Shown: piece after piece, positions 1-9,523 of the stretch
Position numbering within the stretch: position 1 is the stretch's first letter
How the letters are laid out: each line of letters opens with the position of its first letter
IMG/VR virus record: IMGVR_UViG_3300012203_000001
Location: 1,085-65,084 of that record
DNA: 64,000 nucleotides
Strand: one strand, 5' to 3'
Origin: a virus
Lineage: Duplodnaviria > Caudoviricetes
Position numbers and translations under genes: made by a program
The notes under the pieces: generated by a model
What the model saw: the letters and a program-made list of their open reading frames with translations, nothing else
Database searches by the model: none
Told to the model about the DNA's origin: nothing

Positions 1-8
1 TTCGAGCT

Positions 9-185
9 TTAGCGAAGGCTGCGAGCGTAGGTCCGCGCGGCTTTCAATGTTTGGAACGACTTGCCGCCCAACTGAACAGTGTAGGCAATAAATTTGCCGT
101 TCTGTTCGTTAAATACGCGGAGAATCGCGGAACCGGAAACGAATTCAACAACCGAGTAAGGAGCGGGAGAAAAGAAGTTTGTCAT
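9..185 (-). CDS. Small hypothetical protein (58 aa, MTNFFSPAPY...)
   Basis: Read manually: ATG at 185 to TAA at 9; below the ORF-track cutoff. Confidence 0.45.
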   Translation of the reverse strand: MTNFFSPAPYSVVEFVSGSAILRVFNEQNGKFIAYTVQLGGKSFQTLKAARTYARSLR

Positions 186-474
186 GTCTCTAAGCTACGT
201 TACAATTTGATTTAAATCAACAACTATTTCAAATTATGTTCAAATAATTTCTTGGAACGCAGCGTTTCGGTACTCTGGATGGCGTGGATGCCCAGATCCC
301 GAGACTTCACCTTGAGGGTGAACAGGTGAATAGCCAATATTTAGCCTACCGTAACCTTCTAACCCTTCCTTGCAGGAAGGGCGCGCTTCTTAGCGCGGGA
401 TGGAGTATTCCGCTTCTTTTTCGGTGTTGGCGGCCAACCACTTTTGCCGATAACATCGCCATAAAGCTTTTGCA

Positions 475-678
475 TCATTTGATTCGGTGTTTTCGCGCGA
501 ACTTCTGCAGCGATAGCCAGTGGTAGAGCTCGGGCGTCTTGCGCCGATGTATCCAGTTTGAGACGACTTGTTCAGCGACACCAATCTCTTGCGCGATTTC
601 TCGCGCCCTCCCCCGTTCTTCCTTGCACCAACGCAACAGTTTTTGCATAAACTGATCAACCTCGTCTTGTGGGGGCAT
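475..678 (-). CDS. Cro/XRE-like HTH transcriptional regulator, divergent from the tra operon
   Basis: AREIAQEIGVAEQVVSNWIHRRKTP is a Cro-type HTH; probable ATG at 678. Confidence 0.75.
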   Translation of the reverse strand: MPPQDEVDQFMQKLLRWCKEERGRAREIAQEIGVAEQVVSNWIHRRKTPELYHWLSLQKFARKHRIK

Positions 679-716
679 CGGGGCGAGCGTAGAAAACTTT
701 AGAGTCACGTTGCAAG

Positions 717-778
717 TTTTCCCACAGAATAAAATAAATTCAATCTTTTGTGCTTGCGTAAACGTTTCTTATGGAATA
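717..778. promoter_or_regulatory. Divergent tra promoter region with two TTC-N5-GAATA operator-like sites
   Basis: TTTTC-CCACA-GAATA (717-731) and GTTTC-TTATG-GAATA (764-778) in an AT-rich intergenic region; the motif recurs at 8513 and 17332. Confidence 0.55.
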
Positions 779-784
779 ATTCTC

Positions 785-1141
785 ATGTCGAATCGAATCA
801 GGAAAACAATGAAAGAACCAGATCCAAAGAAAGCTGTTGTAAAGAAACCGTTTAAATCGCGTAACACCGCGCCAGCGTTTACATCGATCGAGAACGCCAG
901 CGATGACGAGGTTAACGTTGCTGTGAGCCAGGCAACCTATCGCAACGCGTTCGTGCAGGCGTTAGCCGCGCTGGAAACTGGAAAAGGGTTGAAAGTCGAG
1001 GGCGATTTCAATCGGCTGCGTGCGGCCGCATCTGGATTTTCCAAAAAGTCTGGAAAACAGTTTTTAGTGCGCAAAAGTAAAGAGAACGGGCTTGTGATTG
1101 TTGTGCGAACCGAGGACGTGATTGTTCCGGCCGCACCGTAA
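785..1141 (+). CDS. Hypothetical basic protein, possibly DNA-binding; first gene of the tra operon
   Basis: ORF 710..1141, likely ATG at 785 or 809; Lys/Arg-rich. Confidence 0.55.
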   Translation: MSNRIRKTMKEPDPKKAVVKKPFKSRNTAPAFTSIENASDDEVNVAVSQATYRNAFVQALAALETGKGLKVEGDFNRLRAAASGFSKKSGKQFLVRKSKENGLVIVVRTEDVIVPAAP

Positions 1142-1152
1142 GAGGAAACGTT

Positions 1153-1338
1153 ATGGAGCCAACTATTTATCAGGTCACGAAACTTGCCCGGACACCGGAG
1201 GAACGCGACCTAATCATCGCGATGACCTCCAAAACATCGATGCAAAAGCTGATCGCTAAATTGTCGGAGCAATACCTCGGCGATCGGTATCGCGTGCCGG
1301 CGTTTCAACACAAAATTTTACCGGGATTTGAGAGATGA
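1153..1338 (+). CDS. Hypothetical protein
   Basis: RBS GAGGA upstream; stop overlaps the pilin start (ATGA). Confidence 0.55.
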   Translation: MEPTIYQVTKLARTPEERDLIIAMTSKTSMQKLIAKLSEQYLGDRYRVPAFQHKILPGFER

Positions 1339-1601
1339 ACTACGAATTTACCTTATTCATGGCGGCTGGGCTCGGCCAAGCGTTAGGTGCTGCGGGCGGG
1401 ATTATTCAAGGCATTGGTCTGATCGCCGTGTTTGGAGGCCTTATCAGTGCTGCGGTGAGTGCGTTAAGCGAACGCCATTTGGCCGGTGTAAAGACTTCGC
1501 TTGTGATCGCTGCGATTGGCGGGATGGCGTGGTTGATTGCTACTGCGTTCTTTACTGCTGGAGGGGCGAACGTCAACATCACGTTGGGCGGCGTCAACTA
1601 A
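1335..1601 (+). CDS. VirB2/TrbC-like conjugal pilin
   Basis: 88 aa, Gly/Ala-rich, two hydrophobic helices, upstream of VirB3/VirB4. Confidence 0.7.
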   Translation: MNYEFTLFMAAGLGQALGAAGGIIQGIGLIAVFGGLISAAVSALSERHLAGVKTSLVIAAIGGMAWLIATAFFTAGGANVNITLGGVN

Positions 1602-1963
1602 TGTCGCTGGAGATGCACGCCAACGACAATTCGCGCGAAGGTCGTCCAGGTATTTGGATTTTCCAAGGGCGCGCCATTGTGTTTCTTGTCATCGGCGTTG
1701 GCGTGTTCGTCGCGCTCTTTCGAATTCTCGCATCGATTGATGTCGATTGGCCGGTGAATATCGGCGTTAGCCTTTTGCCGTTGGCCGGAATTACTTTGAT
1801 CATCCACTTGTTCGTGAACGGCAAGCCGCCGAGTTACGCCGGCGATCAACTTCTGTTTTTGTTATGGCGTTTCCGTACTCGGATGTATCTGGCCGGCGCT
1901 CTAGAACGGCCACCGGAGCTGTGGGTTAGAGATCGCAAACCAACGCACCCGAAAGAATTATGA
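1601..1963 (+). CDS. VirB3-like inner membrane protein
   Basis: True start is the ATG at 1601 (TAATG overlap); two TM segments followed by NGKPPSY; position between pilin and VirB4. Confidence 0.65.
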   Translation: MSLEMHANDNSREGRPGIWIFQGRAIVFLVIGVGVFVALFRILASIDVDWPVNIGVSLLPLAGITLIIHLFVNGKPPSYAGDQLLFLLWRFRTRMYLAGALERPPELWVRDRKPTHPKEL

Positions 1964-2148
1964 AATCAAAACCAATTACACAATCTAGATCGCAAATAAT
2001 GGCGGCGGAGTTGCGCCACGAGGCCGCGAATCTTGAGCAGGAAATCAAGGCGTTGCTCAAAGCTGCCGAAATTTTAGATAAGGCCGGCCAGAAGGATGCG
2101 ACTGAACAAGTTGAACAAAAGACGTCAGTTTTGAAAAATGTAGCCTGA
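1960..2148 (+). CDS. Hypothetical coiled-coil protein
   Basis: ATGA overlap with the upstream gene. Confidence 0.5.
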   Translation: MKSKPITQSRSQIMAAELRHEAANLEQEIKALLKAAEILDKAGQKDATEQVEQKTSVLKNVA

Positions 2149-2149
2149 T

Positions 2150-2647
2150 GTGCCGAAGATGATAACACAGGAACGTTTAAAGGAATTGTTTAATTTAGAT
2201 CCTGAAACAGGGGTTATGTATTGGAATGTACGGCCCGGAAGCCGCGGCGGACCAAAAATAGGTGATGTTGCAGGCTGTTTAAGTAGGGGTTATTGGAGAA
2301 TTAAAATAGGAACAAAACTGTATCAGCGCAGCCACCTAGTCTTTCTGTTTTATACAGGAATAGCAGCGAAACAACTGGATCACAGAAACAGAATCAAGAT
2401 AGACGATAGGCCAGATAATCTTCGTACGGCGACAACTACGGAGAACGCCAGGAATGCCATATGGTCTAAAGCTTCGTGTCTTCCTAAAGGGGTGACTTGG
2501 CGTGATAGACTTAATCCTTTTCGGGCGGATATCCAAGTTAATGGGTGTCCGATTTATCTAGGTTCGTTCCCTGCGGCCGAATTAGCTCATGCTGCCTACT
2601 GCGCTGCTGCTGAAAGGCACTTTGGAGAATTCGCTCGTTTTGCTTAA
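2150..2647 (+). CDS. HNH homing endonuclease with C-terminal AP2-like domain
   Basis: ITQERLKELF..DPETG N-terminus, LDHRNRIKIDDRPDNLR..T..EN HNH motif, KGV...YLGSF...AHAAY....HFGEFA AP2 domain. Confidence 0.9.
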   Translation: MPKMITQERLKELFNLDPETGVMYWNVRPGSRGGPKIGDVAGCLSRGYWRIKIGTKLYQRSHLVFLFYTGIAAKQLDHRNRIKIDDRPDNLRTATTTENARNAIWSKASCLPKGVTWRDRLNPFRADIQVNGCPIYLGSFPAAELAHAAYCAAAERHFGEFARFA

Positions 2648-2656
2648 TTTACTGTC

Positions 2657-5227
2657 ATGAGTTTAATTATTCCAGACGGTTATTTTTTCCAAGACCACCT
2701 TATATGGGGCGATTTAGGAAAAGGTGGAATTTTATCAAGGGGATATGAAGTCCAGTTTCCAGATTTAAGCGCTAGCGACGATGATGTTTATACTTCTCTT
2801 GAAACTGATATCCGACTGATGCTCGGGAGCCTTAGGGCTGATGAACAACTTCAGTTAATATACTTTACATCGAGTGATTTTAGCGAGCCACTAAACCGCT
2901 ACGAATCGGAGACAGTTAAGTCACTGATTGCGATTTGCAGCGACGTTCGTGCCGAGTTAGTCCAGCGGTTCAGGCAACGGATGGCTACCGAGACGTTGAT
3001 TCAAGGCGAAACGCGACTTTGGGTTTCCAGTAAGCTTCCAGGTTTTGCGAAGGAGGATGGGAGAACGGTCCGCGGATTTGACCAGGTTTCTAAGGTTGTA
3101 TCACGATCATTTGAACAGCGCTCATTGTTCTGGAATCTTCTTCTAAGTAGTTACGGTGGCAGCGTTAAAGCGCTGGACAATATCGGGCACTACGATGAGC
3201 TTTTAAAGTTCTGGTCTCCGGGGCAATCACGTTACCCACGGTGCGGCGATTTGGATTGGTTACGTCCAGTGTCAGATCTTTGTCGCTTTAGTGACATTGC
3301 ACCGCGGATGGCGCCTGAGTGCGGCTTTTATTTGGATGGCCAAGTTGTCGGCGTAATGGTCTTTAAGACGATGCCTCGATCGACGTGGATGAAGACGATG
3401 GAGGTGTTCTCATCACTGACTATTCCAGGGCTGCGTGTGATCGTGAACATGCAACCTCTACCAATCGATAATGAGATAAGGTATGAGGAGGAACGTTTCT
3501 CGAAACTCGTCAGTAATATAGATCCAAAGTCTCCAAATCTTCAGTCGGAAGTAGGATTAGATAAGCATAGAGATCGTATGCGCCGCCTGCTGAGCAATCA
3601 AACCGTTCCTTTTATGGCGCAAATTATTGTAATTGCGCATGATCGGACGAGGGATGGTCTCGATGGAAAAATGGAAGCGATTCGCGCGGCGATCGGGAAA
3701 AGTGGATGCGAAACGTATCAACCTTTGGTTCCGACTTCGGTTATTGCGTTTTTTAACTGTGCAGCCATGGGCTTCGGTCCGTGGGTTAGATATCGTGATT
3801 TTTATCACAAGATAGATGACCTCAACCTTGCAAACATGTGGTTAGCGGCTGGGTCGACGCCTCGAGCAGATCTCGAAGATGCAACTTGGATCACTGACGG
3901 ACACCTCAACAACCTTATAGGTGGCCGTTGTTTCATCGGGGCGCAGCCGCTCCACATGCTTGTCGCGGCGACAACCGGGGCTGGTAAGAGTGTGCTCTTG
4001 CAAACGTTGGTGCTACAGACGGCGCCACAATTCAAGTTTATCGTCGTGATCGATGATGGGCTTAGCTGGATGACGACTTGTCAAAAGCTCGACCCAACGC
4101 GCCAGCCTATCATCGTGCGCTCGAACGGCGACCAAACATTCAACGTGTTCGATACTAGGCGTCAACCCCTATCGAATGAGCACTTGGCGAGCGCAACGGC
4201 GCTCGTGCATTTGCTCGTGGGCCAACACGCAGATGGCGACAAGGACAAGCTTAGGCACGCGGTGATCGCGGAGACGATTTCTGATGTTTATCGGTCGGCA
4301 TTCAGGCGGTGGCGCAAGAATAATCCGCAAGCGCACTATGATCTGTGCGTTAAGTATGGTGAAGAACAGGAAGGCGAAGATCTAGTGATGGACAATTCGT
4401 TTGCGCAATGGACGCCGGATATGTTCCCTACCCTGTTTGATCTGCAGGATGAGTTGCACGCGGAGGCAACCCAAAAAGGGCCACACCAAGATTTGTGCGC
4501 GACGCTTGCCAGTCTGTTGCGGCCGTGGCTTAGGGACGGGATTTATGGTCCGATCGTTGATGGCGCGAGCAACGTTGATCTCGGTAGTACGGATATCTCG
4601 GAATCCGATCCGCTCAAAGTCGTTCACTTCGAGCTTGGTGAGATGGGTGAGAGCGAATCCGAGCTCCGCGCTGTGGTCGGCTTTTTGATCACTAATGAGG
4701 TGCGTAACCATATCCAGGGAATGCCGCGCGGATTGCGCAAACAAGTGGTGATCGAGGAAATGGTGTCCTTCCTTAAAATTCCAAACGCCGAGGAGATCAT
4801 TGTCGATTACTGGCAGAAGATGCGCAAATATAATGCGCAGATGGTTGCCGTATTCCAGAACTATTTAACGCTTTTGGAAGCGAGCCCGAAAGTAGCCAAG
4901 GCGATCGTTTCGAATTCATCGGCCATGTTGCTGTTGCGTAATCATAACAGACAAGACTTGGAGGCATTAAGCGAATTTTTGGCACGTCCTTTGCCGGAAG
5001 TGATCAAAGATCACATCACGCGGTTCCCGAAACCGAATGAGTTCACAAATCGGGACGAAGCGTATGCCGGCTTTGTGTATGTGCAGCTCGGTAACGAGGA
5101 GCCTCGATATACGGTCGGGCGCAATTACATAAGCCAACTAGTCGAGGATATTACCAGTTCTTCCGGCGATGATTTTGAGCGGAAAAAACAGGAGTTAAAT
5201 AAAATAGTCAGGATGGACGCGGCATGA
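2657..5227 (+). CDS. virB4: VirB4-family T4SS ATPase
   Basis: 856 aa; Walker A ATTGAGKS, VIDDGLSW, Walker B VVIEEM, MRKYN..Q, AIVSNS motifs. Confidence 0.9.
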   Translation: MSLIIPDGYFFQDHLIWGDLGKGGILSRGYEVQFPDLSASDDDVYTSLETDIRLMLGSLRADEQLQLIYFTSSDFSEPLNRYESETVKSLIAICSDVRAELVQRFRQRMATETLIQGETRLWVSSKLPGFAKEDGRTVRGFDQVSKVVSRSFEQRSLFWNLLLSSYGGSVKALDNIGHYDELLKFWSPGQSRYPRCGDLDWLRPVSDLCRFSDIAPRMAPECGFYLDGQVVGVMVFKTMPRSTWMKTMEVFSSLTIPGLRVIVNMQPLPIDNEIRYEEERFSKLVSNIDPKSPNLQSEVGLDKHRDRMRRLLSNQTVPFMAQIIVIAHDRTRDGLDGKMEAIRAAIGKSGCETYQPLVPTSVIAFFNCAAMGFGPWVRYRDFYHKIDDLNLANMWLAAGSTPRADLEDATWITDGHLNNLIGGRCFIGAQPLHMLVAATTGAGKSVLLQTLVLQTAPQFKFIVVIDDGLSWMTTCQKLDPTRQPIIVRSNGDQTFNVFDTRRQPLSNEHLASATALVHLLVGQHADGDKDKLRHAVIAETISDVYRSAFRRWRKNNPQAHYDLCVKYGEEQEGEDLVMDNSFAQWTPDMFPTLFDLQDELHAEATQKGPHQDLCATLASLLRPWLRDGIYGPIVDGASNVDLGSTDISESDPLKVVHFELGEMGESESELRAVVGFLITNEVRNHIQGMPRGLRKQVVIEEMVSFLKIPNAEEIIVDYWQKMRKYNAQMVAVFQNYLTLLEASPKVAKAIVSNSSAMLLLRNHNRQDLEALSEFLARPLPEVIKDHITRFPKPNEFTNRDEAYAGFVYVQLGNEEPRYTVGRNYISQLVEDITSSSGDDFERKKQELNKIVRMDAA

Positions 5228-5239
5228 AGGACTAATTAG

Positions 5240-5596
5240 ATGAACGTTAACGATGTCAAAGTGGTAGGCAACCTTGTAACAAAGCCCGAGGTGCAGTTTA
5301 CGCCTAAGGGCGTGCCGGTGACGACTGTTGCCGTAGGCGTAAATGAGACGATGCCAGGTCAAGAAAAGAAGCAAGTAACGACATTTTTGGATGTTCGTGT
5401 CTGGGGCCAGAGTGCCGAGAACCTGGCTAGGCTTGCAGCTAAAGGTCAAGAGATTTTTGTCGAGGGAGCGTTGCGCCAGGAGCAATGGCAAGACAAAGAG
5501 ACTGGTAAACCGCGCTCAAAGCTTTTTTTGAATGCCAGTAGTTGGCAGTTTACGCAACGCAAACCGGCGACGCCGAATCAAGGGATGGAACGATGA
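5240..5596 (+). CDS. ssb: Single-stranded DNA-binding protein
   Basis: N.V.VVGNL..PE..FTP.G..V, VWG..AEN, KG..IFVEG.L....W.DK.TG..RS OB-fold pattern. Confidence 0.93.
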   Translation: MNVNDVKVVGNLVTKPEVQFTPKGVPVTTVAVGVNETMPGQEKKQVTTFLDVRVWGQSAENLARLAAKGQEIFVEGALRQEQWQDKETGKPRSKLFLNASSWQFTQRKPATPNQGMER

Positions 5597-5973
5597 AAGC
5601 GACATTGCTCATCGTTGTGGTTGCGGTTGCCGGGTGCGCAAATCATCCGTTGCCGAACAGCCAAACCGCAAGTGAACGCTTTTCAACGCTGGGCGGTGGT
5701 GAACGCCGAATTGCTCGCGAGTTCTACGATTTTGGATCTGGCGATGCCATTAAGCGGCTTTTTTGGGCACAGCGCAGGATGCAAGAACAGGTCCACGGCG
5801 ACACCTCGGACGCGCAACCGACACGATTGCAGCGGAAGTACGTGGTGTTACCGGTGCCGGAACACATTGAGCCTGATGGCACGATTAAGGAAGCAAACAA
5901 CCAAGTGGTTGAGGTTGTGCAACTCTGGTCGGTTACGCGGAGTCATGGTCGAAACCTTTTTATTGTAAAATGA
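5593..5973 (+). CDS. Conjugation-associated lipoprotein
   Basis: MKATLLIVVVAVAGC lipobox; ATGA overlap with ssb. Confidence 0.7.
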   Translation: MKATLLIVVVAVAGCANHPLPNSQTASERFSTLGGGERRIAREFYDFGSGDAIKRLFWAQRRMQEQVHGDTSDAQPTRLQRKYVVLPVPEHIEPDGTIKEANNQVVEVVQLWSVTRSHGRNLFIVK

Positions 5974-6791
5974 AAACACAAATCATAGCGGTGAGCATTT
6001 TGGCTGGGCTGGTGTTTAGCGCTCGTGCCACGATCATAACTCATGACCCGTATAGCATGGCGCAGAACGCCGTCCATGAAGTGATCAACATCGTGAAGTA
6101 TGCAGGGACGCAAATCAAAACAACCGAGACGGCGCTCAACACTCTCAGGACATACGAGCAGCAAGTTGTACAACTTGCGCGGCTCGGCAACCCGGCTGCG
6201 CTACGTGCGCTTCCAGGTGTTAGCACGGTGGCTGAACTTTACGGTACTGGCCAACAACTCATGTACAATTACCAGAGTTGGCAGCAGTACCTAAACCCGC
6301 AACGATACCAGGGCGACATGAACTACATTTTAAGTTCATACCGGCAACCGAACTGGCAAGGATATAGCACATATTCCGGCTACAATGTTGCACCAAGCCA
6401 AGGTCTTTACCAGTTTGACACAGCGCGGTACAACATCGCGCAGGCCGGGAGCGATGAGCTGAAACAACTAGAACAGCAACGGCAACGACTTGAACAACAA
6501 CGGGACGTAGCGATGCAATCATTGCAATCGGCATCAACTGATGCGCAGGTCAAAAAGTATCATGGCGTTTTGGACGGGTTAAATGGCGCTCTTGCCGAGA
6601 TTGGTGCCCGGGCAAACGAGGTGGCGCACCGCGTGGCGATCAAAGCGCAGCAGATTAATGCCGGACAACAAGTTTATAGCGCTTCGCAGGCTGAGCAACG
6701 CGCGGCTGCGGCTTATAAAGGTATTGACACCGATCTTCAAGCGTTGCCGGCCGACAATTTCAGAGAAATGCATTTATGGAGCGGTAGATAA
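5970..6791 (+). CDS. VirB5/TrbJ-like minor pilin
   Basis: Signal peptide, IITHDP motif, Gln-rich coiled coils, upstream of VirB6. Confidence 0.7.
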   Translation: MKTQIIAVSILAGLVFSARATIITHDPYSMAQNAVHEVINIVKYAGTQIKTTETALNTLRTYEQQVVQLARLGNPAALRALPGVSTVAELYGTGQQLMYNYQSWQQYLNPQRYQGDMNYILSSYRQPNWQGYSTYSGYNVAPSQGLYQFDTARYNIAQAGSDELKQLEQQRQRLEQQRDVAMQSLQSASTDAQVKKYHGVLDGLNGALAEIGARANEVAHRVAIKAQQINAGQQVYSASQAEQRAAAAYKGIDTDLQALPADNFREMHLWSGR

Positions 6792-7090
6792 TGAAAATAC
6801 ACATGTTTACGTTGTATGGTTTGCTTTTTGTGGCGTTAGTCGCCGAGATCGAACTGCGCAGCGAACTCAAATCAGTTAAAGCGCAACTTATTGCGTACAA
6901 GTCTGATGCCGATTCGTCTGCTGCGGCTGCCGTTAAACAATTCGAAAAGGATGTATTCGCGCGGATTAACGGTGAAGAGGCCGCGTTAAAGCAACGCGCA
7001 GCACAAGAGGCATCAGCCGCAAGTAATGACTTGCGAGCGTTGCCGACAGATAATTTCCGATCCGGACCGAAGCCGTGGAAGGATAACTAA
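6791..7090 (+). CDS. Small membrane-anchored protein sharing a C-terminal motif with the VirB5-like protein
   Basis: N-terminal TM; DLRALPTDNFR vs DLQALPADNFR. Confidence 0.6.
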   Translation: MKIHMFTLYGLLFVALVAEIELRSELKSVKAQLIAYKSDADSSAAAAVKQFEKDVFARINGEEAALKQRAAQEASAASNDLRALPTDNFRSGPKPWKDN

Positions 7091-8491
7091 ATGCTAGCGG
7101 TCGATTTCTTGCAATTGATGCCAGGGTTCGAGACTGGGGCGAGTACACTCCATAATATTCTGATCGGGGTAACGCTCGTGCTGTCGTTCTGCGGACTGCT
7201 TTTGCTGGTCAGTCAGGGATTACGCGAGAAATCTACGCATAACATTTTACCGACTCTGGTGCGTTTGGCTGTGATCGTCATCATGGTTGGCAGTCTTGGC
7301 GCTTGGGGGAATCTGTTAGTAGATGGCGTCAACGATGTTGTGGCGCAGATGGGGTTAAATGGCATTGGTGGCGGAATCTTCGCGGCCTATCGAAACGCGG
7401 TAGCTCGCAAGTTTGGCAGTGACGGCGCAGCGCAGCAAGGCGGCCAACAGCAACAAGCGCCACAACGAAGCTTGTATTCAAATGGCGGATTAACGCCGTC
7501 AGCGAGCGGAATTCAATTGAACCATTACGGGTATGAGCAACCGGGCTCACCAAATTACGACAAGGCTTCAGCTGATGGCCGTGGCGCGTTTACGTTTGAT
7601 ACCGAGCAAGGAAGCTTGGTGCCGCTACAATCAGCGGCGCTTTCGAGCGATGTCGTTCAGGCGTACAACTTGCAACCAGGCCAAGCGTTTACGGTTAGCG
7701 CCGGCGGCCAGACCTATAATTTGATTTATGCGGACAAGACGGCCGATTATATTCAAGGCTCGGTTGATATTTATGATCCGCACCAGCAATTAGGCAGCAA
7801 TCAGCTTGTAGGCCTAACATCAATGCAAGACGGCCCTGTGGAGCAAGGCGGCGACGGGGGTCCGCTCGGCGGCTGGATTTCCAAGCTTGGCGACTCGCTC
7901 ACGGTCGGGTTGTTGTACCCGCTTGTGCATCTCCTAAGTTTGATCGCGCTCGGAATCATGTACTTGATGCAAGCAGTTCAGCAAATTTTGTATACAGTCG
8001 AAATTGCCGTTTCCCCGATTTTTATCGGGATGATGATGATCCCGCGATTGGTCGGGATCGCTACTCGGTTCTTTTGCAGTCTTGTGTCGATCTGTTTATG
8101 GGCGCTCGGGTGGGCGATATGCGATTTACTGACGCGTGCATTGATCGGGTTCGCCATTAACCCGACAAACAATCTCGCATTGAGCGCGTTCTCTGGGGCT
8201 TCAATGATGCTTGGGTACTGGGTGTTGCTCGCGGTCTGGGTGATTGGGAGCTCGTTCGTTGCGCCTCTTATTATTTCTGGTCTTATCGTTGGTGGTGGTG
8301 CCGGGGTATTGGCACCTGTATTCGGTGCGACGGTTGGTGCAATGGCCGGGATGGCGGCAGGAGGTGGTCGGCAAGCTGCGAGTGCAGCGGTCGGGGTTGC
8401 TGCGGCTCCAATATCGGTAGCGTCATCGAGCGCAATGAATGCGTTTCAAAGTTTTGCCAGGAGGCCGAAAAGTAATACGATCGGAAAATAG
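7091..8491 (+). CDS. virB6: VirB6/TrbL-like polytopic membrane protein with an inserted soluble domain
   Basis: Multiple TM helices, VSPIFIG motif, Gly/Ala-rich C-tail typical of TrbL. Confidence 0.8.
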   Translation: MLAVDFLQLMPGFETGASTLHNILIGVTLVLSFCGLLLLVSQGLREKSTHNILPTLVRLAVIVIMVGSLGAWGNLLVDGVNDVVAQMGLNGIGGGIFAAYRNAVARKFGSDGAAQQGGQQQQAPQRSLYSNGGLTPSASGIQLNHYGYEQPGSPNYDKASADGRGAFTFDTEQGSLVPLQSAALSSDVVQAYNLQPGQAFTVSAGGQTYNLIYADKTADYIQGSVDIYDPHQQLGSNQLVGLTSMQDGPVEQGGDGGPLGGWISKLGDSLTVGLLYPLVHLLSLIALGIMYLMQAVQQILYTVEIAVSPIFIGMMMIPRLVGIATRFFCSLVSICLWALGWAICDLLTRALIGFAINPTNNLALSAFSGASMMLGYWVLLAVWVIGSSFVAPLIISGLIVGGGAGVLAPVFGATVGAMAGMAAGGGRQAASAAVGVAAAPISVASSSAMNAFQSFARRPKSNTIGK

Positions 8492-8503
8492 CGCCTTTTT
8501 TTG

Positions 8504-8538
8504 TTGTAAAACGTTTCCTCTAGAATACTCTCACGCTT
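8504..8538 (+). promoter_or_regulatory. Internal tra promoter with operator GTTTC-CTCTA-GAATA
   Basis: TTGTAA-16 nt-TACTCT; shares AAACGTTTC..GAATA with the 760-778 site. Confidence 0.5.
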
Positions 8539-8832
8539 ATGGACCACGCGCATCAATTTCACCGAGCTGGCGACGAGCACATATGGCTTAACCCGGATGG
8601 CTTGTTTTTCGCGGCCTTATTTGTGTGGTCAATGCTTGGGCTGTGGCTCTATTTGGATCTTCGCCATAAGGAGCAAGTTTGCGGTGTGGTTCTATTATTC
8701 ATCGCAGGGCCGGCTGCGTGGCTAACGGCTATTTGGAATGCAGTTCACCGACATGTCGTTGAGCAACGGTTAGCGCGTAAACGGGCCATCATACGGCGCC
8801 GTGAACATCGGGAGCACTGGGGAAGGAATTGA
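8539..8832 (+). CDS. Hypothetical membrane protein
   Basis: Two TM segments, basic C-terminus; stop overlaps the next start. Confidence 0.55.
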   Translation: MDHAHQFHRAGDEHIWLNPDGLFFAALFVWSMLGLWLYLDLRHKEQVCGVVLLFIAGPAAWLTAIWNAVHRHVVEQRLARKRAIIRRREHREHWGRN

Positions 8833-9422
8833 GCGCGCTTGTTTCCATGTTGAAAAGACGACTGGCAATCACTTGGCTAGGTTGGGTGGTTGCTGGTCTG
8901 GCGTTGATTGCGATCCCGGTGAGCAATCACCTCACGTTGATGGCCGCTATGTCGCAGATGCGCTTTGTCGCGATGGATTCAAGGGATACTTTTTATCTTG
9001 GAAACATGGGCAGTTTCGAGACGGCGCAGCACATCCACGCGGAGCTTGCCAGGATGGCGGCGGAAACAATTTTCAGCCGGAACCCGGACGGATACGATGA
9101 TCCGGAACGGCTTGAGCGGCTTTTCAACCCGGCAACGGCGGCGGCTTTAAATAAGGACGCGGCTCGTGATGCCGACGTTTTTAGGGCGCAACAGGTACAC
9201 CAGAAGGTCGAGACCGGCCAGATTCGAGAGCTGAGTGTCGATAGCAACACGGCGCTCGTGTCAATTGAGGGTCAGGTTTTAAAGACCGGCATTTTTAATG
9301 GTCGCATAGTGAATGACGCGAAGAAGGTGACAGTGTTCCTACGGCTGACGATCAATGGAGATATGGCACACAACGGCCGGTATCCGTTGGTAGTGACAAA
9401 TTACGAGGAACGGTTCGAATGA
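8829..9422 (+). CDS. VirB8/TrbF-like protein
   Basis: Single N-terminal TM followed by an NTF2-like periplasmic pattern ending NGRYPLVVTNY; upstream of VirB9/VirB10. Confidence 0.7.
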   Translation: MSALVSMLKRRLAITWLGWVVAGLALIAIPVSNHLTLMAAMSQMRFVAMDSRDTFYLGNMGSFETAQHIHAELARMAAETIFSRNPDGYDDPERLERLFNPATAAALNKDAARDADVFRAQQVHQKVETGQIRELSVDSNTALVSIEGQVLKTGIFNGRIVNDAKKVTVFLRLTINGDMAHNGRYPLVVTNYEERFE

Positions 9423-9523
9423 TGCGTGGTGTTATTATCCTGTTTCTTTGTGCGGCTGCGGCCATTGCGAGTGCGCTCTGGTTTTGGATTCCTCTATTCA
9501 AGATGCTTTACCACTTTTAAAAA

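Noticed and set aside
218-246. Possible dif/XerD site (TTATGTTCAAAT)
   Set aside because: An extra base relative to TTATGTTAAAT and no recognisable XerC arm; more likely an AT-rich promoter
1328-1600. Cys-rich N-terminal extension of ORF 1328..1963
   Set aside because: Alternative-frame overlap of the pilin gene; the real start is the ATG at 1601
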